Part shown: positions 47,229 to 54,254 of the stretch, one piece after another
Layout of the letters: each line of letters opens with the position of its first letter
Position numbering within the stretch: the first letter of the stretch is position 1
Origin: Candidatus Margulisiibacteriota bacterium
GTDB taxonomy: Bacteria > Margulisbacteria > WOR-1 > O2-12-FULL-45-9 > XYB2-FULL-48-7
Length of the DNA stretch: 54,254 nt
Direction of reading: 5' to 3'
Assembly (NCBI GenBank): GCA_028702315.1
Contig: JAQVPA010000001.1
Span: 1 to 54,254, forward strand
Program-made: the position numbers and the translations under genes
Notes under the pieces: model-generated
What the model was told of the DNA's origin: nothing
The model's database searches: none
Seen by the model: only the letters and a program-made list of their open reading frames with translations

Positions 47229-47240
47229 GTACAGTAGAAT
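47212..47240 (+). promoter_or_regulatory. Promoter for plsY-gpsA with leaderless geometry
   Basis: TTGACG-17 nt-TAGAAT, then 6 nt to ATG 47247. It overlaps the divergent efp promoter. Confidence 0.6.
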
Positions 47241-47246
47241 ACATTC

Positions 47247-47831
47247 ATGCCTGTAATATTCGTTGGTTTGGCCTATTTGCTTGGTTCCATCCCTTTTGGC
47301 CTTCTGATCGCTAAAATTTGGAATATTGATATCCGCCAGCAAGGTTCCGGCAACATTGGCGCGACCAATGTTTTGCGGACGCTCGGCCCGGGGCCGGGAG
47401 CCGTAGTCTTTATCCTCGATTTTTTGAAGGGTTTCTTGGCGGTCTATCTTGGTTATTGGATTGGCGGCGACCCATTGATGGTCCTCCTTTTGGGGACAGC
47501 GGCGGTCTTGGGCCACATGTATTCGGTCTTTCTCCGCTTTAACGGGGGCAAGGGGGCGGCAACAGGATTAGGTGTGCTGGCCGGGATCGCTCCTGGCGTA
47601 TTTTTGCTCTCGGTGGCGCTGGCCGCTTGCTTGATCGGCGTGACCCGTTACGTTTCGGTCGGCTCGATCATTACCCCGTTTGCCGCGGCCCTGCTGATGT
47701 ATCTTTATCATAAACCGTTACCATATGTTTGGGTAACTCTTATTATCGCGGTTTTTATCTTGATCCGCCATTTGCCGAACATTAAACGCTTATTGACTGG
47801 AACAGAAAAAAAGCTGGGAGAAAAGGGATGA
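47247..47831 (+). CDS. plsY: Glycerol-3-phosphate acyltransferase PlsY
   Basis: GSGNIGATNVLR and FNGGKGAATG. Confidence 0.92.
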   Translation: MPVIFVGLAYLLGSIPFGLLIAKIWNIDIRQQGSGNIGATNVLRTLGPGPGAVVFILDFLKGFLAVYLGYWIGGDPLMVLLLGTAAVLGHMYSVFLRFNGGKGAATGLGVLAGIAPGVFLLSVALAACLIGVTRYVSVGSIITPFAAALLMYLYHKPLPYVWVTLIIAVFILIRHLPNIKRLLTGTEKKLGEKG

Positions 47832-48814
47832 GCCGAGTTGCGGTTATCGGCGCTGGCGCCTGGGGGACGACCCTGGCCCTGCTGTTGGCGGAGAACAAAC
47901 ACCAGGTAACGCTTTGGGCGTTTGAAAAAGAACTGGTGGCCGAAGTTAAAGAATTCAGGGAAAACAAAAGGTTCCTGCCTGGCTTCCCCCTTCCCGAAAT
48001 GATTGATGTCACGACCAACTTTGCCGACCTTAAGGGGCGGGACGCATACTATTTTGTCGTGCCGACCCAGCATCTCCGTTCTGTCGCCCGGCAGGCCGCT
48101 ATGGCGATCAGCGAATCAGCCGTCCTGGTCGTGGCGGGGAAGGGGATCGAAGAAAAAAGCTTGAAATTGCCTCTGGAGATCATTGCCGAGGAGACAAAAC
48201 AAGAGAACCTCTGCGTTCTTTCCGGGCCAAACCTTTCGGCCGAGATTGCCAAGGGGTTGCCGGCGGCGGCCGTTGCCGCTTCTGGTTATGCCGAGGCGGC
48301 GAAAAAGATCCAGTCAATGTTGATGTCGCCGAGGTTCCGTGTTTACACAAATAATGATGTTGTGGGGGTCCAGTTGGGTGGTGCCTTAAAAAACGTGGTG
48401 GCGATCGCCGCCGGAGTGGTTGATGGCTTGGGGCTGGGCGATAACGCCAAGGCTGGCCTGATGATCAGGGGATTAGCGGAGATCACCCGGCTTGGTGCCG
48501 CGCTGGGGGCAAAACAGGAGACATTTGCCGGTTTGTCGGGGATGGGGGACCTGATCACTACTTGTTCCAGCCGGCTGTCGCGCAACCATACTGTTGGCGA
48601 ACAGATCGCCCGAGGGAAAAAACTGTCCGAAATCTTAAAAACGATGAAAGATATTGCTGAAGGGGTACCGACTGCGGTTGCCGCCAGAGAACTGGGGAAA
48701 AGGCATCAAGTCCCGTTGCCAATAACCGAACAAGTCTACGGTATCCTATATGAGAACAAAGACCCTTATCAAGCGATCTCCGCTCTAATGACGCGCGCCG
48801 CCGCTAGTGAATAA
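47828..48814 (+). CDS. gpsA: NAD(P)H-dependent glycerol-3-phosphate dehydrogenase
   Basis: VIGAGAWGTTLA, GALKNVVAIAAG and GDLITTCSS. Confidence 0.92.
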   Translation: MSRVAVIGAGAWGTTLALLLAENKHQVTLWAFEKELVAEVKEFRENKRFLPGFPLPEMIDVTTNFADLKGRDAYYFVVPTQHLRSVARQAAMAISESAVLVVAGKGIEEKSLKLPLEIIAEETKQENLCVLSGPNLSAEIAKGLPAAAVAASGYAEAAKKIQSMLMSPRFRVYTNNDVVGVQLGGALKNVVAIAAGVVDGLGLGDNAKAGLMIRGLAEITRLGAALGAKQETFAGLSGMGDLITTCSSRLSRNHTVGEQIARGKKLSEILKTMKDIAEGVPTAVAARELGKRHQVPLPITEQVYGILYENKDPYQAISALMTRAAASE

Positions 48815-50117
48815 GCCGGGCGTCCCGGGCTTCCGCTTTTTTCTTTAATCCCTCAACCGTCGGGGAGATGGTTTCCAGATATTCTGCTGTCAGGATATGC
48901 GGCGTGACGAAAACCAGCAGTTCCGATTTGGTTTTGCTGGTAACGGTCCGCCGGAAAAGCGAGCCGAGAAAGGGAATATCCATCAGGAAAGGGAGCCCGT
49001 AATCGGTTTGGACATCTTTTTCTTTCATCAGCCCGCCAATGACAAAAGTCTGGCCGTCCTTAACGGTGACCTCGTTATGCGTCTCGGTCGTATCTTCTTG
49101 AGGGAGGTCGTTGACGACCTGGCCTTCGCTGATCTTGGGTGAGACCCTCATGCGGATATAGCCGTTTTTGGAGACGGTCGGGGTGAGAACGAGTTGGGTG
49201 CCGACGTTGAGGAACTCAACCTGCTGGGTCGTTGAGGTTTGGGTAACGATGCTAGTCTTGTAGCCGAGCTTGCTACCGATCAAAAGGCGGGCTTCTTTAT
49301 TACTTAAAGTTGTTAAGCGGGGCGTGGCCACGATATCATATTTGGTGTCAACTGCCAGCGCCGAGAGGAAAGCTTCCAGACTGCCGGTGGAGAAGATCGA
49401 CAAGACATGGGCGTAAAAGCCTTGGGCGGTGCTGTCGGCGGTGCCCGAACTAGTTAAGGCTCTATTGGCCTGGCCGGTAGTCTGGACATTACCGGTGGTT
49501 ACGCCGGTGTTTTTTGTGTAGTTGAGGTCCAGTCCGAGCGTGCCGCCGAGGCCGTCGTTGACCTGGATCATTTTAACTTCGATCATTACTTGCGGGCAAA
49601 GGACATCAAGCTCGTTGATCAGCTTTTCCAGCCGGGGGAGGTAATCGGACGTGGTCTGGATGACTAATACGTTGTAACTGTCGTCGGCGGTCACGATACT
49701 GCCGGCGGGGAGGACAGCAGTCAAGGTTGTTTGCAGGTCGCTTGGCCTGGCATTGGCCAGGTAGTAGGTGCGCAGTATCTTCTTGCCCGAGACAAAGATT
49801 GTGCCGTGGTCCTCGAACCAGTCGAGCCCTTTGGTCCGCAAAACGGCTTCCAGGCCGTCTTTGGGAAGAATACCGGAGAAAGTGACCGTGACTTTTCCGG
49901 TTACGTCGTCGCTGGCGACGATGTTGGAGCCGGTTGCTTTAGCAAAGATCTGCAGAACGCTTTTAATGTCGGCGTCCTTGAGATTTAGATAGACCTTTCC
50001 CTTGGCAAAACTGACGTTCACCGATTCCTTTGCCAGCGCCACCCCGGCCAAGGCAACAAACGTTAAAACGACCAGCAGCCCAATCACTCTTATCCAAACT
50101 GATTTGATCTTAGACAT
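48804..50117 (-). CDS. pilQ: Type IV pilus secretin PilQ (short form, 437 aa)
   Basis: Signal/TM N terminus. Secretin C-terminal motif VIGGLMKEKDVQTDYGLPFLMDIPFLGSLF...LLVFVTPHIL. Confidence 0.85.
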   Translation of the reverse strand: MSKIKSVWIRVIGLLVVLTFVALAGVALAKESVNVSFAKGKVYLNLKDADIKSVLQIFAKATGSNIVASDDVTGKVTVTFSGILPKDGLEAVLRTKGLDWFEDHGTIFVSGKKILRTYYLANARPSDLQTTLTAVLPAGSIVTADDSYNVLVIQTTSDYLPRLEKLINELDVLCPQVMIEVKMIQVNDGLGGTLGLDLNYTKNTGVTTGNVQTTGQANRALTSSGTADSTAQGFYAHVLSIFSTGSLEAFLSALAVDTKYDIVATPRLTTLSNKEARLLIGSKLGYKTSIVTQTSTTQQVEFLNVGTQLVLTPTVSKNGYIRMRVSPKISEGQVVNDLPQEDTTETHNEVTVKDGQTFVIGGLMKEKDVQTDYGLPFLMDIPFLGSLFRRTVTSKTKSELLVFVTPHILTAEYLETISPTVEGLKKKAEARDARLIH

Positions 50118-50119
50118 TT

Positions 50120-50617
50120 TTATCTTACCTCCAATTTTAACGTTTTAGTCGCTGAGCCTTTTTGCAGTACTACTCTCTCTTTGGAAATCGACGTAACAGT
50201 CCAGCCCATGACCTGGTTGCCGACGGACGCGGTCTGCCCGGAAATAAAGGCGACCTTGAGATCGTTTTCGTACCAAATCCCTTCCAATTTTGGTTCCGGC
50301 GGCGCCGCTCTTTTCTCTCCCGGGCGGGTGTTTTCTTCCGACGGCGGCGGCGCTTCCGCTTTGGCCAGAACGGTTGTCCTGATCGCAAACGGATCGGCCA
50401 TTTTGGCTTCGATCGTCGGCAGAAACATTTCCAACTCTTGTTGTGCTAACTGATTGGCCTCCATTGACGCGGCCTGGCCGGCCGGCGCGCCCGGTGCCGG
50501 GGCAGAGCTTACCGCTGGGACCGCCTTAGGGGTTGGGAACAGGACCGGCCAGTACGTGTAGCACGCGTACCCCAGCGAAACGAGCAACAGAGCAATGATC
50601 AAAAGCCGCCTGGCCAT
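50120..50617 (-). CDS. PilP-like pilus assembly protein
   Basis: N-terminal TM segment, a Pro/Ala linker and a small C-terminal beta domain. It lies between pilO and pilQ. Confidence 0.6.
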   Translation of the reverse strand: MARRLLIIALLLVSLGYACYTYWPVLFPTPKAVPAVSSAPAPGAPAGQAASMEANQLAQQELEMFLPTIEAKMADPFAIRTTVLAKAEAPPPSEENTRPGEKRAAPPEPKLEGIWYENDLKVAFISGQTASVGNQVMGWTVTSISKERVVLQKGSATKTLKLEVR

Positions 50618-50636
50618 GTCTATTTTCTTCTCCTTT

Positions 50637-51149
50637 TTAATAATAGGTTGTTAATGAAATTTTCAGGTCGAGCGTTGGCGAGCTGCCGCCGCTCGAAGTA
50701 ATATCCATCGAGTCGATCATGACCAAAACCCGCAGCCGGAAAAGGATCGACAGGAAATTATACAAGTTCTTATATTTCCCGGAACAGGAAAGGTCGAATT
50801 TTATCCCGTCCCCCCCCTCTTCGAGAAGCGGTTTGATAAAACTGATGTTAAGACCGGATTTAGCAGTCGCTTGCGAAATGATCTTTAAGGCTTCCAGCGC
50901 CTTTTCTTCCCGCGGGATCTCCGTCCTGATCGGAATAATGCCGACTTCCTTTTCGATCGCCTGCAGGATCCGGATTTTCCCCTCCGCGACTTTGAGCTCC
51001 AGTCGTTTTTCGCGGGCGCTGTCTTTAAGCTTGCCGATCTCTTTCCAGACCGGGGTCAAAAGGAATTGGTAAAAGAGATAAAAGATCACAAAGCCGACCG
51101 TGACGATCAGTAAGTTTCTTTCCCGGTCCGATAATTTTACGCTTGGCAT
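50637..51149 (-). CDS. pilO: Type IV pilus assembly protein PilO
   Basis: A TM segment followed by a coiled coil (LTPVWKEIGKLKDSAREKRLELKVAEGKI) and a ferredoxin-like C terminus. Gene order supports the call. Confidence 0.7.
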   Translation of the reverse strand: MPSVKLSDRERNLLIVTVGFVIFYLFYQFLLTPVWKEIGKLKDSAREKRLELKVAEGKIRILQAIEKEVGIIPIRTEIPREEKALEALKIISQATAKSGLNISFIKPLLEEGGDGIKFDLSCSGKYKNLYNFLSILFRLRVLVMIDSMDITSSGGSSPTLDLKISLTTYY

Positions 51150-51150
51150 A

Positions 51151-52746
51151 TCAGTTCTTTATCTTCCCGATCAATTCAAAATTGAACGCTTCAGTCGCGT
51201 ATTCGTTGTTGCGGGTCGCTTGGACGAGCTTGACGTTCTCGAAAATCGGCGACAGTGAGAGGCCAAGGACAAACCGCGAGAGAACGGTTTCGGCCGCTTC
51301 GTTCTTTTTAAAGACAATGCCCCAGGCATGGAAATCGGTAACGGTCAGGTGCATACTATTCAGCGTTACGCTTTGGGGGATGCGGAGGCTGATCTCTTCG
51401 AAAACCCGGGGCATTTTCATCCGGGTCTGTTCATAGCTTTTTGCCGCCAAGCGCTTTCTTTCTTCCTCTTTGGACGCCTGTTCAATGGTGTTGAGCCGCG
51501 CCAGCTTTGGTTTATAATTATCTAATTGCTGATTGATCCTGTTTAGCTCCAACCGCAGCCCAAGGGCTTGCAGCCAGAAGAATAAATAAAGGACGACCAG
51601 CAGGCCGGAAAAAATTGAGATCATCAATTGAGGTTTGAGGAGTTTTTGGGTCAAGATCTTCCATTTGTATTTTATCTCTTCCGGCATCAGGTTTATTTTT
51701 TCCGCGCCGGAAATAGCTGCGCCCAGCGCCGAAGAGAGCCGGGGATTAAGCTTGGCCACCGGTTCGGGCGTAATGATCGGGATGCCGAGGCCGGTACTTA
51801 AAAATTCTTTTAAATGCGGGGTCATGGAACTGCCACCGGTCAAGATAATCTGGCTGATCGCTCCTTCGCCGGTCTGGCCTTTGTAATATTCAAAGGTCCG
51901 GGCGACTTCGCTTTGCACTTTTTCCAACGCCGGCCGGACCATTGCTTGCAGCTGGACAAGTGGGATGTCGCCGAGCTTGGGGTAGTTTTCCAGGTCGATT
52001 GGGATGCCGTATTCGGTCTTGATCTTTTCCGCTTCCTCCGGGGTAACTTCGACTTTACCTTCGGGCGAGACCAGAATGCCGGACATGGCGCGGGTAATAT
52101 TTTCTCCCCCGATGTTCAATTCACGGTTGAATTCAAATTCCCCGTTTCGGTAAATGCTAATATTGGTTGTCCGTTTTCCCATGTAGATGATCGACACGAT
52201 CTTGGCTTCGGCTTTGGCCAACTCGGGCCGGTATAGTTCTTGCAACGCGTCGGGGAGGACGGTGATGCCGGCGAGCCGGAGGCCAGCCTTGGCGAGGATA
52301 TACTGGGCTTCATTATAAGTTTTCCGGTTGATGCAGGCAGTGACAAAATCGACCTTTTCGGTGATAACATTGCTTCGTTCAATCGGGTAAAAATCAAAGA
52401 GTGCTTCTTCGATCGGATAAGTGGTCTCTTCGGCCAGCTTCCACTGGATTGCCTGGGCGGCCTCGGTTTTTGGGAGATGAGCGAGGGTGTAGAGCTTGAC
52501 GAACGTATCGCTGCCGCCGGCGACCACGACCGCGTCGCGCGAAGCGATCTTGTGCGTTTCGATCAGCTTGCGCAGGGCGTCGGCTTTAGCGTCTTCTAAT
52601 TGGGGATGCTTGTCGATCAGCTGGTAGGGGATTTCGGTCATCCCCCAATTTTTCAGGGTAAAATCCTTCTCCTGCTTCTCGATCTCAACGACTTTGACCG
52701 AGGTCACACGAAGGTCTATTCCAAGGATTGCTCTTCCACTCGGCAT
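51151..52746 (-). CDS. pilMN: PilM-PilN fusion protein
   Basis: Actin-like PilM N terminus (ILGIDLRVTSVKVVEI, ILTGGSS), then a PilN-type INLMPEE motif plus TM segment starting near nt 51690. Confidence 0.8.
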   Translation of the reverse strand: MPSGRAILGIDLRVTSVKVVEIEKQEKDFTLKNWGMTEIPYQLIDKHPQLEDAKADALRKLIETHKIASRDAVVVAGGSDTFVKLYTLAHLPKTEAAQAIQWKLAEETTYPIEEALFDFYPIERSNVITEKVDFVTACINRKTYNEAQYILAKAGLRLAGITVLPDALQELYRPELAKAEAKIVSIIYMGKRTTNISIYRNGEFEFNRELNIGGENITRAMSGILVSPEGKVEVTPEEAEKIKTEYGIPIDLENYPKLGDIPLVQLQAMVRPALEKVQSEVARTFEYYKGQTGEGAISQIILTGGSSMTPHLKEFLSTGLGIPIITPEPVAKLNPRLSSALGAAISGAEKINLMPEEIKYKWKILTQKLLKPQLMISIFSGLLVVLYLFFWLQALGLRLELNRINQQLDNYKPKLARLNTIEQASKEEERKRLAAKSYEQTRMKMPRVFEEISLRIPQSVTLNSMHLTVTDFHAWGIVFKKNEAAETVLSRFVLGLSLSPIFENVKLVQATRNNEYATEAFNFELIGKIKN

Positions 52747-52754
52747 TTGCAGTA

Positions 52755-52782
52755 ATTATAGAGGATAAACGTGATTTGTCAA
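52755..52782 (-). promoter_or_regulatory. Consensus promoter for pilMN-O-P-Q, near-leaderless
   Basis: The minus strand reads TTGACA-16 nt-TATAAT, then 8 nt to ATG 52746. Confidence 0.6.
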
Positions 52783-52789
52783 ACCGGAA

Positions 52790-54058
52790 TTAATAAACTT
52801 CTTGCCAGCCGGAAACTTCGAACGAACTGGTGGTGTCGTCCCCCTCCAAACCAGTAACGCTCGGCGGTAAATAACTAGCATCTTCTATCAGATGGACCGA
52901 CCCACCGATCGTTGACGGCGAGTAACAAATGATCGCCCCGCTGATCGTACCGCTGTCCCCCGGATCCATTGTGTTGCAAAAGATCAAACCATAAATATCC
53001 CAACCTCCGGCCGTTGTGACTGTCCCATAAGGCGCCAGCATAGTTGCCGTGACGGGACCTTCCAGATCCAGGCCGACAGTCCCTTCGCCGCTGGTGTAAA
53101 GCAAACTACCGGCGGGGACGGTCAAACCATTAAGGATTTGGACGTCGCCTTTGGCATAAACTTCAACACTGTTTGTGAAGCTAGATCCGCCGGAATAGAT
53201 AAAATCATCATTGGCAATAAACTTGACCCCTGATCCAACCCCTTGCCCATAGTTAACAGTAATATCGCCGGTGCCAGACGGCTTTCCAGTGGCGACCAGC
53301 GTGCCGGGACCGGTGATCGAGGCTCCCCAAGCGACTGTGATCGACCGGTAATAAAGAGTTTGTCCAGCGAGATTGATCGGATTTGAGGAATTAAAAGTGA
53401 TACTGCTGGCCGCGGAACTGTTGGTCGCGGTTAAAATATTGTCGTAATAGGTGTTTTCCCAAGCGGGCATGTCAACCGGTGGCGCTGCTTCCCAGGAAGC
53501 GTAGCCGGCGGTCCCTGAAGTAGAAATGCTAGTGCTGTAAATTGTCCCATCTTCCTGCTGGGCGGACCCTTCCATGGCGATCGGCCCGTTGTAGTAATAA
53601 TCACCGTAAATGCGGGCGTCACCATTTACTGTCAAGGTAGCGCCGCCGCCTCCGCCGGAATATTGGATATATTGCACGTTAAAAGGGAGGCTACCACCGA
53701 AACTTCCACCCCCATTTCTAAACCCACTTCGCACTGTCCGGCTGATCCCTTGGACCGTGCCGGTTACTTCGACCGAGCAGTTTTTTTCTTCTTTGTAAGT
53801 GTAATGGACGGAGAAACTGCCGTTGCCAAGCGCCACCGGCCCAAAATCGACGTTGTCGGAATAATCACTGTCGGCCGCCAGTGAAGTTGTGATAGTGAAG
53901 CGCAATCCCCCTTCGGCAATATTTAAAGCCTGGATGCCGTGCAGATTTTTGACCACGGAAAAACTTTCGGTAGAGAGCATGCCCGCGATCACAAAACCGA
54001 GGAGAGCGACGATAATAATGACAAAAACCGCCGCGATTATTACTTGTCCACGTTTCAT
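52790..54058 (-). CDS. PilX-N-domain pilus-associated protein with a G/S/T-rich beta-helix-like body
   Basis: N terminus MKRGQVIIAAVFVIIIVALLGFVIAG is PilX_N-like. The remainder is Gly/Thr/Ser-rich repeats. Confidence 0.65.
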   Translation of the reverse strand: MKRGQVIIAAVFVIIIVALLGFVIAGMLSTESFSVVKNLHGIQALNIAEGGLRFTITTSLAADSDYSDNVDFGPVALGNGSFSVHYTYKEEKNCSVEVTGTVQGISRTVRSGFRNGGGSFGGSLPFNVQYIQYSGGGGGATLTVNGDARIYGDYYYNGPIAMEGSAQQEDGTIYSTSISTSGTAGYASWEAAPPVDMPAWENTYYDNILTATNSSAASSITFNSSNPINLAGQTLYYRSITVAWGASITGPGTLVATGKPSGTGDITVNYGQGVGSGVKFIANDDFIYSGGSSFTNSVEVYAKGDVQILNGLTVPAGSLLYTSGEGTVGLDLEGPVTATMLAPYGTVTTAGGWDIYGLIFCNTMDPGDSGTISGAIICYSPSTIGGSVHLIEDASYLPPSVTGLEGDDTTSSFEVSGWQEVY

Positions 54059-54254
54059 CTCAAATTCCTGATCCTGGCGGACGATTCGAGGGTTGTCCGC
54101 TGTGTCCCGGAGGTGAGGGTTAACAGAACGCGGATGCTTCTCATGTTTTGCTTGGTCGCGGTTGCTTCGCCGGTCGTGTCAAGATAAGTGAACCGGAGTC
54201 CTTCGGGACTGGCCAAGCCGGTCGTCAGGAGATCACTGTTGCGGAAAAGATTGG
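54055..54254 (-). CDS. C-terminal fragment of a minor-pilin/PilW-like protein; the 5' end lies beyond the window
   Basis: My own translation gives ...GLRFTYLDTTGEATATKQNMRSIRVLLTLTSGTQRTTLESSARIRNLR*. Its stop overlaps the next ATG (ATGA). Confidence 0.55.
   Translation of the reverse strand, partial: NLFRNSDLLTTGLASPEGLRFTYLDTTGEATATKQNMRSIRVLLTLTSGTQRTTLESSARIRNLR

Noticed and set aside
47193-47516. 108-codon N-terminal extension of the efp ORF
   Set aside because: It overlaps the plsY gene and both promoters. EF-P homology begins at MSIPINDAKAG (47192), directly after a TACAAT -10 box.

Overview
54.3-kb chromosomal window from a diderm bacterium that I cannot place taxonomically. I saw no rRNA, tRNA, CRISPR array, transposase or integrase. 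The backbone is conserved housekeeping genes: leuS (partial), hspR-clpC, trpB and trpA, rpsA-pyrF-queF, a three-gene polyamine cluster, ahcY-lspA-lgt-rluD, ileS, ddl-ftsQ-ftsZ, icd, efp-accB, plsY-gpsA and a pilMN-O-P-Q type IV pilus cluster. This backbone is interrupted by blocks of large orphan genes that look AT-richer by eye. These are a 1420-aa TPR/transglutaminase-like protein with a histidine kinase and a His-less paralogue, a GlnD-like nucleotidyltransferase island that splits trpB from trpA, a 707-aa orphan, an 800-aa coiled-coil protein next to a compact STAND-like P-loop NTPase, and an overlapping orphan pair. Four signals are not explained by genes. (1) A ~120-nt nested-hairpin repeat occurs twice, with one compensatory base-pair change, and both copies would be transcribed in the same RNA sense. 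(2) Short tandem arrays of 7-8-nt period occur in intergenic DNA and in frame inside conserved genes, including a 28/33-nt identical cassette shared by trpA and speB. (3) At least seven to eight near-consensus sigma70-type promoters sit 6-8 nt from start codons, implying leaderless mRNAs. (4) An intrinsic-terminator-like leader lies ahead of the giant gene. Other notable points are a McsA-type zinc ribbon fused to ClpC, an EF-P lacking the modifiable loop lysine, an AdoMetDC-fold protein lacking the canonical Cys beside agmatinase and a DHS-like enzyme, and no ftsA between ftsQ and ftsZ. All calls rest on reading the sequence and translations by eye; no searches were run.
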